Origin: an uncultured Alphaproteobacteria bacterium
Lineage (GTDB): Bacteria; Pseudomonadota; Alphaproteobacteria; HIMB59; GCA-002718135
Assembly (NCBI GenBank): GCA_902591485.1
Contig: CACJAV010000001.1
Coordinates: 142,945 to 206,944, forward strand
DNA length: 64,000 nt
Direction of reading: 5' to 3'
A model generated the notes under the pieces. That model did not search any database. It had not been told where the DNA came from and worked only from the letters and a program-made list of their open reading frames with translations. Below, one piece after another: positions 28,749 to 38,850 of the stretch. The first letter of the stretch is position 1; each line of letters starts with the position of its first letter. The position numbers were made by a program, and so were the translations under genes.

Positions 28749-28791
28749 AAAAACTATCTAATATAAATATTATAAATTTGAAACAAACAAT

Positions 28792-29949
28792 TTATCTATT
28801 ATTTTTTTTTAAAAATAAAAAAATTAATAAAATTATTAATAATGGCAAACATATTATGTTAAGTGTTTTCCAACTTGTTGCAAATAGTAATATACCTGCT
28901 GATAAAGCACCTATTGATTGAGAAGAGAAAACAATAAAATCATTTAATCCTTGAGCTAAAAATTTATCTTCCTTGTTATATGAAATAACCAGAAGACTTG
29001 TACCGCTAACAAACAAAAAATTCCATCCCACACCTAATAAAATTAATCCAACCATAAAACCGTAATATGTTTCATAATTAAAATGAATAAATGTGGTAAT
29101 GAAAAGAATTATTATACCTGTAAAAATTATGTTTTTATGACCAAATTTTTTTATTAAATCACCTGTTACCAATGAAGGTAGAAACATTCCGATAACATGC
29201 ATTTGTAAAACTATTCCTGTAGAAAAAATACTAAAACCATGCATCATATTCATATGAATTGGGGTTGCTGTCATTAAAGTGCTCATAGTCGCATATCCTA
29301 CACCTGCACTTAATATAGATAATTGAATATCTTTATTTGATAATAGATCTATAATTGATTTTTGTGATTTAATGTAAACTTCTTCTGTTCTCTTTTCATT
29401 TTGATAAAAAACAAAAAAGAAAAATGGAATTATGGTAAGTAAAGACATAGCGATGTAAGAGCCAACATATGTGCTATTAAAAATATCTTTTGATAAAGAA
29501 ACAATATTAGCACCAAGTAAGGAAGCGACAATCCCTAAAAGTAAAATTAAAGAGATTGCTTTTGGTATATTAGAGGTTTGAACAGACTCTGAAGCAGCAA
29601 AGCGATATTGTTGTGCAAAAGAAACCGATAATCCTATTGTTAAATTACCTAAACAAAAAACAGCAAAATTATCTATAAAAATTGCATAAGCACATACCAA
29701 GGAAAAAAAACTATTTATTATTGATGCAAGAGAAAAGCCAAATCTTCTTCCTTTCACTTTCATAATTTTTGATGCAATTAATGAACCAATCGCTGTTCCG
29801 ACAATCATTAAAGCAGTTGGTAATGTAGCTAAATAATTAATATTCGTCATTGAGGCGCCAATTATTCCACTAAGTAAAACACTTACAACAGGAGAAGTGA
29901 AAGAAAAGACTTGCCCAATAGATAGAATTATCAAATTTCGATTAATCAC
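28792..29949 (-). CDS. MFS transporter
   Basis: About 12 TMs, GRRFGF, YRFAASE, GWNFLF. Confidence 0.88.
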   Translation of the reverse strand: MINRNLIILSIGQVFSFTSPVVSVLLSGIIGASMTNINYLATLPTALMIVGTAIGSLIASKIMKVKGRRFGFSLASIINSFFSLVCAYAIFIDNFAVFCLGNLTIGLSVSFAQQYRFAASESVQTSNIPKAISLILLLGIVASLLGANIVSLSKDIFNSTYVGSYIAMSLLTIIPFFFFVFYQNEKRTEEVYIKSQKSIIDLLSNKDIQLSILSAGVGYATMSTLMTATPIHMNMMHGFSIFSTGIVLQMHVIGMFLPSLVTGDLIKKFGHKNIIFTGIIILFITTFIHFNYETYYGFMVGLILLGVGWNFLFVSGTSLLVISYNKEDKFLAQGLNDFIVFSSQSIGALSAGILLFATSWKTLNIICLPLLIILLIFLFLKKNNR

Positions 29950-29987
29950 TATAACTGTCTATATTCAATGAACTAATTGACAACTAG

Positions 29988-30452
29988 TTAATTTACATAA
30001 GTGAGAGGAAGTGTATGGTTTTTTTTAATTATTTGAAGAGAGATGTGAGATGACATGTAAGTACACTCAATTTCTTTAATAAGAACTTGTTGGAATTTAT
30101 CATATTCATCAATTGAGGGAGATAAAATTGTAATTTGATAATCACTATTATTACCTGTTAATCTATGAACTTCTAGAATTTCATCGTATTTCTTAACTAC
30201 GTTTTGAAAATTTGTTAACCATTTTTCTGTATGATTTTGAATGGAAATAGATAAAAAAACAGTAATTGGAAGATTAATTTTTTTATTATCTAAAACTGCT
30301 GTTCTGGATAAAATGACTTTATCTTCTTCTAGTTTTTTTATTCTATTCCAGCAAGGCGTATTGGACAGCCCAACTTTCTTTGAAAGTTCTGAAAGAGGAA
30401 TTGATGAATTTTTTTGTAACTCCTCTAATATTTTTTTATCTATTGCATCCAT
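29988..30452 (-). CDS. Lrp/AsnC family regulator (DecR-like)
   Basis: MDAIDKKIL, GLSNTPCWNRIKKLEE HTH; divergent from metY. Confidence 0.9.
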   Translation of the reverse strand: MDAIDKKILEELQKNSSIPLSELSKKVGLSNTPCWNRIKKLEEDKVILSRTAVLDNKKINLPITVFLSISIQNHTEKWLTNFQNVVKKYDEILEVHRLTGNNSDYQITILSPSIDEYDKFQQVLIKEIECTYMSSHISLQIIKKNHTLPLTYVN

Positions 30453-30568
30453 TCCTTTTAGTTAACTTAATATAGAATATTTTTCTAAAATATTCAATAA
30501 AAAGAAAATTATTAGAAAATTATTAATTTTTATATATATTTTTTAGAATTATTTTCTATAAATGCTCC

Positions 30569-30620
30569 AACGGTATTTGATTTTCAGATTGTACACCGTT
30601 TTAACAAATTTGTACTAAAG
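30569..30620 (+). ncRNA. SAM-V (SAM-II/V class) riboswitch
   Basis: P1 AACGGT/ACCGTT, loop ATTTGA, TTGTAC pairing with GTACTAAA (pseudoknot) ending at the RBS of metY; matches the known metY SAM-V pattern. Confidence 0.85.
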
Positions 30621-30633
30621 AGAAGGGATTAGT

Positions 30634-31959
30634 ATGACTACAAAATCACAACACGCTGATACAATAGCTTTGCATGGCGGAAATTATAGAAAAGATGAAA
30701 CTACTAATTCAGTAGCCGTTCCAATTTATCAAACTACTAGCTATCAATTTAATAATCAAGAACATGCAAGTAATTTATTCTCGTTAAAAGAACTAGGAAA
30801 TATTTATACTAGGATCATGAACCCAACAACAGCTGTTTTAGAAGAGAGAATTTCACAACTCGAGGGAGGTCTTGCTGCATTAGCAGTATCATCTGGTCAA
30901 GCAGCTTCTGCTATTGCAATTCAAAATTTATGTCAAGCTGGAGACAACATAGTTTCCTCAACAGATTTATATGGAGGAACATGGAATCAATTTGCAAATA
31001 CCTTTAAACAGTTAGGAATTGAGGTTAGGTTTGCTGATCCAAAAGATCCAGACTCATTCATTAAATTAACTGATAATAAAACAAGAGGGTTTTATGCAGA
31101 AACACTTCCTAATCCTAAATTAAATGTTTTTCCAATTGAAGAAGTTGCCTCATTAGGAAAGAAAATTGGCATACCACTTATAGTTGATAATACAGCAGCT
31201 CCAATAACATGCAAACCACTTAAGCACGGTGCTGCAATTGTTGTGCATTCATTAACGAAATGGATAGGAGGACATGGAAACTCTATAGGCGGAGTGATTG
31301 TTGATGGAGGAAATTTTGATTGGACTCAGTTTCCTGAACGTCATCCATTATACAATCAACCAGAACCTAGTTATTGGGGATGGGTTTTAGGTAAGGTTGT
31401 TCCAGAGGTATTAGGAGCAAATATCACTTATGCTGTTAGAGCAAGATTTGTATTACTGAGAGATTTAGGCGCTGCACTCTCTCCTACTAATGCATTTAAT
31501 TTCATTCAAGGTTTAGAAACATTGCCTTTACGTTTTCAAAAGCATCAAGACAATGCAGAAAAAGTTGCAGATTACTTAACAACTAAAAAAAATGTAAATC
31601 GCGTTATTCATCCAAAATATCAACTTGGAATTCATAAAGAAAGAGCTGACAAATATCTTGAGGATGGTGCCGGTCCGCTAGTTGGTTTTGAGCTTGAGGG
31701 TGGTATTGAAGCTGGAAAAGCATTTATAGATAATTTGGAACTTATCTATCATGTTGCCAATATTGGTGATGCTAGGACACTTGCCATACATCCTGCCTCA
31801 ACAACTCATTCTCAATTGAATAGTGAGGATCAGTTAAGAGCTGGTGTAACTCCAGGATATATCAGATTATCCGTAGGGATAGAGCATATTGATGACATTA
31901 TACATGATATTGATCAAGCAATTAATAAAGCTCAAGAAAAGGTTAAGAACGTGGCATAA
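30634..31959 (+). CDS. metY: O-acetylhomoserine sulfhydrylase / aminocarboxypropyltransferase
   Basis: PIYQTTSY, GNIYTRIMNPT, SGQAA, PLP Lys in HSLTKWIGGHG, NIGDART, HPASTTH. Confidence 0.92.
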   Translation: MTTKSQHADTIALHGGNYRKDETTNSVAVPIYQTTSYQFNNQEHASNLFSLKELGNIYTRIMNPTTAVLEERISQLEGGLAALAVSSGQAASAIAIQNLCQAGDNIVSSTDLYGGTWNQFANTFKQLGIEVRFADPKDPDSFIKLTDNKTRGFYAETLPNPKLNVFPIEEVASLGKKIGIPLIVDNTAAPITCKPLKHGAAIVVHSLTKWIGGHGNSIGGVIVDGGNFDWTQFPERHPLYNQPEPSYWGWVLGKVVPEVLGANITYAVRARFVLLRDLGAALSPTNAFNFIQGLETLPLRFQKHQDNAEKVADYLTTKKNVNRVIHPKYQLGIHKERADKYLEDGAGPLVGFELEGGIEAGKAFIDNLELIYHVANIGDARTLAIHPASTTHSQLNSEDQLRAGVTPGYIRLSVGIEHIDDIIHDIDQAINKAQEKVKNVA

Positions 31960-31990
31960 ACTCCTTGTAAAGTGTAATATCTCGTTCTTG

Positions 31991-32024
31991 AAATAAAGGG
32001 TAGATTTCTACCCTTTATTTTTTT
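31991..32024 (+). terminator. Rho-independent terminator after metY
   Basis: AAATAAAGGGTAGA-TT-TCTACCCTTTATTT followed by a T-run. Confidence 0.85.
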
Positions 32025-32034
32025 ATAAACATCT

Positions 32035-32931
32035 ATGCCTTCTAGTCACGACTACATTAAAGATAAAAGAAATCAAAAAATAAAAATTTTTATAAATAAT
32101 AAATTTTACCAAAGAGAAAAAGCAAATGTATCTGTATTTGATTCTGGTTTTTTATTGGGAGATGGAGTTTGGTCTGGAATTAGATTCCATAATAATAAAT
32201 TTTTATTCTTAAATGATCACTTAAATAGATTATTTGATGATGCAAAAAAAATTAATTTAAAAATTCATTTAAACAAAAAACAACTTACAAAAATATTATT
32301 TGATACAATAAAAATTAATAAAATGAAAACTGATGTCCATATCAGGCTTGTTGTTTCAAGAGGTATTAAAAGCACACCATATCAAGACCCTGCTTTCACC
32401 ATTTCTAAACCAACTATTGTAGTAATACCTGAATACAAGCAACCTCAAGAAACAATATACAAAAAAGGTCTTATTTTAAAAACTGTTAAAACTATTAGAG
32501 GTCCTCATAATGTGCAAGATCCACGGATTAATTCTCTTAGCAAATTAAATTGCATAATTGCTTGCATTGAAGCTAAAAAGAAAAAAGCTGATGAAGCTTT
32601 AATGTTTGATATCAATGGAAATATAGCAACAAACAACAGTACTCACTTCTTCTTTGTTAAGAATAATTGTGTTTACACTTCTACTGGTCAATACTGTGTT
32701 AAAGGTATCACACGGCAAAAAGTCATTGATTTATGTAAAAAAAATAAAATAAAAGTTTATGAAAAAAATTTTAAACTAAAAGATGTATTAAATGCAGATG
32801 AAGCTTTTGTTACGGGAACATTTGCTAATATCATTCCAGTTAAAAGAATAAATAACAAAATATATAATTTAAATAATAACTTAACTACAAAAAATATAAG
32901 AGAACTTTATTTAAAATTAATGGATAAATAA
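32035..32931 (+). CDS. PLP-dependent aminotransferase class IV (BCAT/D-amino-acid aminotransferase-like)
   Basis: SVFDSGFLLGDGVW, HLNRL, SLSKLNCI, GITR, DEAFVTGT. Confidence 0.9.
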   Translation: MPSSHDYIKDKRNQKIKIFINNKFYQREKANVSVFDSGFLLGDGVWSGIRFHNNKFLFLNDHLNRLFDDAKKINLKIHLNKKQLTKILFDTIKINKMKTDVHIRLVVSRGIKSTPYQDPAFTISKPTIVVIPEYKQPQETIYKKGLILKTVKTIRGPHNVQDPRINSLSKLNCIIACIEAKKKKADEALMFDINGNIATNNSTHFFFVKNNCVYTSTGQYCVKGITRQKVIDLCKKNKIKVYEKNFKLKDVLNADEAFVTGTFANIIPVKRINNKIYNLNNNLTTKNIRELYLKLMDK

Positions 32932-33638
32932 TGATCATTTTCATGTGGTCAGGACCTAGAAATCTAAGCACTGCCTTGATGCGATCATTTGAAAATCGAA
33001 ATGATACAATTGTACATGATGAACCATTTTATGCATATTATTTATTTAAAACTCAATTAAATCATCCTATGAAAAATGAAATAATTAAGAATTATCCATT
33101 TACACAAAATGAAATAATAAAAAAAATTACAAAAAATCCAAAAAATAAAATTTATTATCAAAAACACATGACGCATCATATTATTAAAAATACAAAACTT
33201 ACTTGGATTAAAAAAGGTTATAATTGTTTTTTAATTAGACATCCATCTAAAGTTATAAATTCATATATTCAAAAGAATACGTTACGAAATATAAATGATA
33301 TAGGATTTAAAAAACAATTTGAAATTTTTAAAAAAATTAAAAAAAATAACTCAAAATTTACAGTAATTAATGCTGATGATATTCTTATCAATCCAATAAT
33401 TTCTATGAAAAAATTATGTAAAAAATTAAATATAAATTTTTCAAAAAAAATGATTAATTGGCCAAAAGGAAAAAGGGATACTGATGGTATTTGGTCTAAA
33501 GTTTGGTACAAAAATGTAATACAATCTTCTACTTTTAATAAGTTTAAAAGTGAAAAAATAAATGTTCCAAAAAGGTATTCAAAAATTTACGATGAGTCGC
33601 TAAAATATTATGAAGCTATGAACAAATATTCATTGTAA
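32931..33638 (+). CDS. Sulfotransferase-like P-loop-fold protein
   Basis: MWSGPRNLSTALMRSF, DEPFY, QKHM, LIRHP, W...WY; TAATG coupling to the aminotransferase. Confidence 0.8.
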   Translation: MIIFMWSGPRNLSTALMRSFENRNDTIVHDEPFYAYYLFKTQLNHPMKNEIIKNYPFTQNEIIKKITKNPKNKIYYQKHMTHHIIKNTKLTWIKKGYNCFLIRHPSKVINSYIQKNTLRNINDIGFKKQFEIFKKIKKNNSKFTVINADDILINPIISMKKLCKKLNINFSKKMINWPKGKRDTDGIWSKVWYKNVIQSSTFNKFKSEKINVPKRYSKIYDESLKYYEAMNKYSL

Positions 33639-34435
33639 TGAAACATTTAAATTGTCAAGAAGCTGCTAAGTTATTATTTGAACACAGACTAAATAAATTA
33701 ACTGTAAGTGAATTACCTAAACAATTAATTCCGACTAGCTATGAAGATGCTTATTTAATTCAAGAAGAATTAAAGCTTCTTTATCTTTCATTAAAAGATA
33801 ATATTACCATTGGAAAAAAAGTTGGTTGTACAAGTACAGAAGGTCAAAAACAACTTAGTATAGATGAACCATTTTACGGTAATCTTTATTCTAGATTTTA
33901 TGATGTTGATATAGATGAGTTATCATCAAAAAAATTCAATAAACCATTTATTGAACCTGAAATCGCACTAAGAATAAAAAAAGATATAGATATTTCAAAA
34001 GCACCTTTCTCATTAAGAGATATTGATACTTTATTTGATGGTTTTGTATGTGCATTAGAAATTGTAGATTTTAGATTTAATAAAAGTTTAAAAGAAATTG
34101 GTGCTTTGAATTTAATTGCAACAAATGGCGCCTCTGAATATTGGATCAGAAATTCTGAAATTTTTGATTTAAATTCAATCAACTTTGATAATCATCCAGT
34201 TAATATTTTTTTTGATAATAATCTTGTTGGAGAAGGTAACACAAATTCTGTTATGGAAAACCCTCTCAATTCTGCATTATGGCTAATAAATAAGATTTCC
34301 AAAAAAGGAGAAACCCTCTTAAAAGGACAGTTCGTAACAACTGGCACTTGCACAAAAGCTCATGAGCTTATTCCAAATTCAAAAATTTCAGCAGATTTTG
34401 GACAATATGGTAAAGTTGAATTTTTCTATAAATAA
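33638..34435 (+). CDS. 2-keto-4-pentenoate hydratase-like protein (FAH superfamily)
   Basis: DAYLIQ, GKKVGCTS, EPFYG, IEPEIA, LEIVDFR, NPL, TTGT. Confidence 0.85.
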   Translation: MKHLNCQEAAKLLFEHRLNKLTVSELPKQLIPTSYEDAYLIQEELKLLYLSLKDNITIGKKVGCTSTEGQKQLSIDEPFYGNLYSRFYDVDIDELSSKKFNKPFIEPEIALRIKKDIDISKAPFSLRDIDTLFDGFVCALEIVDFRFNKSLKEIGALNLIATNGASEYWIRNSEIFDLNSINFDNHPVNIFFDNNLVGEGNTNSVMENPLNSALWLINKISKKGETLLKGQFVTTGTCTKAHELIPNSKISADFGQYGKVEFFYK

Positions 34436-34449
34436 CCTAGCTTAACTAT

Positions 34450-34812
34450 ATGAAAATAAATGGTTATTTTAATGAATCTTGCAAAATATGTAGGACGGAA
34501 ATAAATCATTATAAAAAAATTAATAAAACTATTCATTGGGTAGACGTTATTAGCGATAAAAACGCGTTAATTGAAACTAATCTATCAAAAAAAGATCTAA
34601 TAAGAAGACTTCATATTATTAAAAATAATAGAGTTTTCAAAGGTTTAGATGCATTTTTAATTGTATGGGGTGAAATTCCTAGATACAAAATATTGGCTAA
34701 ATTTGCTTCAATTCCAGGCATATATCACTTAGGTTGGTTGATTTATGAGTTTATTGCCTTAATTTTATTCTATAAGAATAAACACCTATTGCAAAATGAA
34801 CAACAACTTTGA
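34450..34812 (+). CDS. DUF393/DCC family thiol-disulfide oxidoreductase-like protein
   Basis: N-terminal FNESCKIC, RRLH, GLDAF..VW. Confidence 0.78.
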   Translation: MKINGYFNESCKICRTEINHYKKINKTIHWVDVISDKNALIETNLSKKDLIRRLHIIKNNRVFKGLDAFLIVWGEIPRYKILAKFASIPGIYHLGWLIYEFIALILFYKNKHLLQNEQQL

Positions 34813-35170
34813 AATATTAGAAAAAATAGTTCTCTCCATACTTTTAGTATGTACACTAATAGCAATTGGTCAAGAAATACTCGTGATGGTAGAAAATAAA
34901 AGAGTATCACTTGCAGATATTCTTCTTTTATTTATTTATGTTGAAGTTCTGGGAATGATAAAAGAATACTGGCTAGCTAAAGTTATTAGAATGAGCTACC
35001 CTCTTTTCATTGCTATGACAGCTTTAGCAAGACTTATCATACTTCAACGAAAAGATATTGAGCCAGTAACTTTAATTTACGAGTCTTTATCAATCTTAAT
35101 AATAGCAATTTCAATTGTAGTTCTTCGTGTAAGACATTTAGATTATTTTAAAAGAGACAAAAAAGACTAA
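34796..35170 (+). CDS. PsiE family membrane protein
   Basis: LADILLLFIYVEV, IAMTALARLIIL. Confidence 0.85.
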   Translation: MNNNFEILEKIVLSILLVCTLIAIGQEILVMVENKRVSLADILLLFIYVEVLGMIKEYWLAKVIRMSYPLFIAMTALARLIILQRKDIEPVTLIYESLSILIIAISIVVLRVRHLDYFKRDKKD

Positions 35171-35178
35171 TAATTTTA

Positions 35179-36381
35179 ATGTTTCTATCTAACTTGAAGG
35201 AAGCGCAAGCTTTCCTATCAAAATATTTACCTAACACTGGTACTTACTATAGTTCTAAAAGAAATTACTCTTATGATTTTGAAAATAAAATACATTCTAC
35301 TTCATTGCTCTCTCCTTACATTCGCTATCGTTTATTATCTGAAGAAGATATAATAAAAAAAGTGTTAGCAATTCATCCATTTGTAAAAGTTGAAAAGTTT
35401 ATTCAAGAAATTTTTTGGAGAACATATTGGAAGGGTTGGTTAGAACATCGAGAGGAAGTTTATGATGACTACTTATCAGAAAAAAAATTTTTATTGCAAG
35501 AATATGTTTTTAACCCAGAATATAAAAAAGTAATAAATGCAGAAACTGAAATTGATTTTTTTAATAATTGGGTGACTGATTTAACAAATAATGGATATCT
35601 TCATAATCATGTGAGAATGTGGTTTGCAAGTTTATGGATTTTTACATTTAATTTACCTTGGCAACTGGGTGCTAATTTTTTTATGGAAAACCTTCTTGAT
35701 GGTGATCCAGCATCTAATACTCTTTCATGGAGATGGGTTGCAGGAATACAGACAAAAGGCAAACATTATTTGGCTAGAAAAGATAATATCGCAAAATTTT
35801 CTAATATTAAAATCAATAATAAAATATTTATCAATGAAAAAGCAACAAGCAAAGTAGAAGAAAAAAATTACGAAATAAATAAAATTAATTTAGCAAATCA
35901 AAATCATTTAATTTCTGAAGCAATTTTAATACCATCAGATGAGCTAAATTTTATACAAGACAACAACTATAAATTTAAATACATATTTTCAGGAGTCCCT
36001 ATAGATGAATATAATGATCATAATTTTTCAACAAATGTCATAAGACATTTAAAAAAAATTATTACATCTAATTTTCAGGATAATAAATTTTACAAAAATA
36101 TTTCTTATGAAATTCACTTTGATGATTATCATAAAAATTTTAATGAATGGATTAAAAGATATGAGATAAAGAATGTATGCATTCCATATGTAACAAAAGG
36201 AAACTGGAGAACAATAACAAAAAAAATAATAAATGATAATCCATCTATTAATTTTATATATTTAAACAGAAATTATGATAAAGAAGCATGGAAATACTCA
36301 AAAAAAGGTTTTTTTAACTTCAAAAAACATATTCCTGAGCTAATTACTAAAATTAATAATGAGAGAAATTTTAAAAATTAA
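35179..36381 (+). CDS. Photolyase family protein with N-terminal FAD-binding domain (inverted domain order)
   Basis: TSLLSPYIR, KFIQEIFWRTYW, GYLHNHVRMWFAS, LLDGDPASNTLSWRWVAG all in the N-terminal half; 400 aa. Confidence 0.85.
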   Translation: MFLSNLKEAQAFLSKYLPNTGTYYSSKRNYSYDFENKIHSTSLLSPYIRYRLLSEEDIIKKVLAIHPFVKVEKFIQEIFWRTYWKGWLEHREEVYDDYLSEKKFLLQEYVFNPEYKKVINAETEIDFFNNWVTDLTNNGYLHNHVRMWFASLWIFTFNLPWQLGANFFMENLLDGDPASNTLSWRWVAGIQTKGKHYLARKDNIAKFSNIKINNKIFINEKATSKVEEKNYEINKINLANQNHLISEAILIPSDELNFIQDNNYKFKYIFSGVPIDEYNDHNFSTNVIRHLKKIITSNFQDNKFYKNISYEIHFDDYHKNFNEWIKRYEIKNVCIPYVTKGNWRTITKKIINDNPSINFIYLNRNYDKEAWKYSKKGFFNFKKHIPELITKINNERNFKN

Positions 36382-37303
36382 TAATATCACTAAAATTTAT
36401 AAAAACCAATTCAAAGCATTGGATGAGCTAAATCTAAACATTAATGAGGGTGAAATATTTGCATTATTAGGACCTAATGGAGCTGGTAAATCCACCCTAA
36501 TTAATACAGTGTGTGGTATTCTTAATTTTGATAAAGGTGATATTAAAGTCAATGAATTTGACATCATCAAAGATTACCGTAAAGCAAGATCTCTAATAGG
36601 TATAGTACCTCAAGAATTAAATTTAGAGGCTTTTGAAACTGTTTGGGATAACGTCAATTATTCTAGAGGCCTATATGGTAAATCACCTAACCACAAATAC
36701 ATTGAAAAATTGTTAAAAGAATTATCTCTTTGGGATAAAAAAGATAGTAAACTACGAGAATTATCTGGAGGGATGAAAAGACGTGTTTTAATAGCAAAAG
36801 CTCTTTCTCATGAGCCAAAGGTGCTATTTTTAGATGAACCAACTGCTTCAGTAGATGTAGAATTACGCAAAGACATGTGGAAAGTGATACAAAAACTCAA
36901 AGAAAAAAATGTTACTATCATTTTAACAACACATTACATAGAAGAAGCTGAAGAAATTGCTGATAGAGTTGGGATTATCAACAATGGTAAAATCATTTTA
37001 GTAGATGAAAAGGAAAATTTGATTAAAAAACTTGGTCAAAAAATTCTTAAGATTGAACTATCAGAGCCTATAAAATTAATCCCAAAGGAGTTAAAAAATT
37101 TTAAATTACAGCTTAATAGCGATAAAAATATTTTAATTTATACTTATGATACAAAAGGTAAAAATACTGGTATTACTTCTTTATTGTCAGATATAAAAAG
37201 TTTGGGATTACAATTAAAGGATATCAGTACCGAACAAAGCTCATTGGAGTCAATATTTTTAAATTTAGTAAAGGAGTCAGAAAATGAATTGGCAAGGGCT
37301 TAA
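36359..37303 (+). CDS. ABC-2 type ATP-binding protein (YadG-like)
   Basis: GPNGAGKST, LSGGMKRR, LDEPT, TTHY. Confidence 0.92.
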   Translation: MREILKINNITKIYKNQFKALDELNLNINEGEIFALLGPNGAGKSTLINTVCGILNFDKGDIKVNEFDIIKDYRKARSLIGIVPQELNLEAFETVWDNVNYSRGLYGKSPNHKYIEKLLKELSLWDKKDSKLRELSGGMKRRVLIAKALSHEPKVLFLDEPTASVDVELRKDMWKVIQKLKEKNVTIILTTHYIEEAEEIADRVGIINNGKIILVDEKENLIKKLGQKILKIELSEPIKLIPKELKNFKLQLNSDKNILIYTYDTKGKNTGITSLLSDIKSLGLQLKDISTEQSSLESIFLNLVKESENELARA

Positions 37304-38045
37304 AGCAATTTACTTTCATGAAATGGACAGAATGAGAAGAACTCTTTTTCAAAGTTTAGTTTCACCATTTATATCTACTTCGTTATATTTTGTAGTATTT
37401 GGTTCAGCAATTGGCTCCAGAATTACAGAGATTGAGGGAATTAGTTATGGGTCTTTTATCGTACCAGGAATGATTATGCTTACAATTTTAACTCAATCCA
37501 TTTCAAATGCCTCCTTTGGTATTTTTTTTCCAAAATTTACAAATACTGTTTATGAAATTCTAGCAGCCCCTCTTTCTAGTTTTGAAATTATCTTAGGTTT
37601 TGTAGGAGCTGCTGCTACAAAATCTTTAATCATTGGCACTGTAATTATTTGCACTGCAGGCTTCTTTGTTGATCTTCAAATAGAGCACCCATTTATAATG
37701 ATGTTTTTTTTAGTACTTACCTCAGTTACATTTGCCTTATTTGGATTTATAATTGGTATGTGGGCAGACAATTTTGAAAAACTGCAACTAATACCTATTC
37801 TTATTATCACTCCTTTGGTTTTTCTTGGAGGAAGCTTCTACAGCATCAATATGCTCCCAGAGTTTTGGCAAAAAGTCTCTCTTTTAAATCCTGTGTTGTA
37901 TTTAGTCAGTGGTTTTAGATGGAGTTTTTATGAAATTGCTGATGTGAGTATCTATACAAGTCTAATAACAATTCTATTTTTTTTATTTTCCTGTGTTCTA
38001 ATAATAAGTTATACTTTTGCTAAAGGTTATAAAATCAAAAATTAA
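37284..38045 (+). CDS. ABC-2 type permease (YadH-like)
   Basis: LYFVVFG, FIVPG, PLVFLGGSFYSI, NPVLY. Confidence 0.9.
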   Translation: MNWQGLKAIYFHEMDRMRRTLFQSLVSPFISTSLYFVVFGSAIGSRITEIEGISYGSFIVPGMIMLTILTQSISNASFGIFFPKFTNTVYEILAAPLSSFEIILGFVGAAATKSLIIGTVIICTAGFFVDLQIEHPFIMMFFLVLTSVTFALFGFIIGMWADNFEKLQLIPILIITPLVFLGGSFYSINMLPEFWQKVSLLNPVLYLVSGFRWSFYEIADVSIYTSLITILFFLFSCVLIISYTFAKGYKIKN

Positions 38046-38850
38046 AATTAAATCAGTGATTAATAAATCAATTATTAATAGATATAATAAACAGGGTGTT
38101 ATAGTTTTAAGAAATATCATAAGTAAAAAATGGATCTCTATTCTTAAGCAAGGTTTAAAAAAAAATTTTGATAAACCAAGTAAGTACAAATGTGTTTATG
38201 AAATAATTAATAAAAAAGAACTTTTCTATGATGATTATTGTAATTGGAAACGAATAACTGAGTACAAAAATTTTATTTTTAATTCAAATATTGCATTTAT
38301 TGCCAAATTATTAATGCAATCAAATAAAGTCAATTTATTTCACGAACATGTTCTAGTTAAAGAAATAGGTTCTAAGAAAAGAACACCGTGGCATCAAGAT
38401 CAATCTTATTACTGTGTAAATGGTAAGGATAATTGTAGTTTTTGGATTCCGCTAGATGAGGTTAGTAAGTCTTCATCTCCTGAATTTGTTTTAGGTTCAA
38501 ATAAATGGAATAAGCAATATTTACCTACTAAATTTTTTGGTCATAGTTATGAACAAAAAGATGGTGAATTTGAGCATATACCCAATATAGAAAATAATAG
38601 AAAAAAGTTTAAAATTAAAAGTTGGAAAGTAAATCCAGGTGATGCTGTAGTTTTTAATTTTTCTACAGTACACGGTGCCCCAGAAAATAAATCAAAAAAT
38701 AGACGTAGAGCTTTTTCAATACGGTTTACTGGTGATGACGCTACCTACATTAAAAGAAAAGGTGAAATGTCTCCACCATTTCCGAATATTAAACTTAAAA
38801 ACGGAGATCCCTTAGACTCCAACACTTTTCCAGTCCTAATTTCTTCTTAA
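38017..38850 (+). CDS. Phytanoyl-CoA dioxygenase (PhyH) family Fe(II)/2OG oxygenase; start may be GTG at 38056
   Basis: TPWHQD, FWIPLD, PGDAVVF...HGAPEN, RRRAFS. Confidence 0.87.
   Translation: MLKVIKSKIKIKSVINKSIINRYNKQGVIVLRNIISKKWISILKQGLKKNFDKPSKYKCVYEIINKKELFYDDYCNWKRITEYKNFIFNSNIAFIAKLLMQSNKVNLFHEHVLVKEIGSKKRTPWHQDQSYYCVNGKDNCSFWIPLDEVSKSSSPEFVLGSNKWNKQYLPTKFFGHSYEQKDGEFEHIPNIENNRKKFKIKSWKVNPGDAVVFNFSTVHGAPENKSKNRRRAFSIRFTGDDATYIKRKGEMSPPFPNIKLKNGDPLDSNTFPVLISS

Noticed and set aside
27871-28752. Identical TTACTCATAAAA at two neighbouring gene starts
   Set aside because: A 12-bp AT-rich match encoding MSK starts; most likely coincidence.
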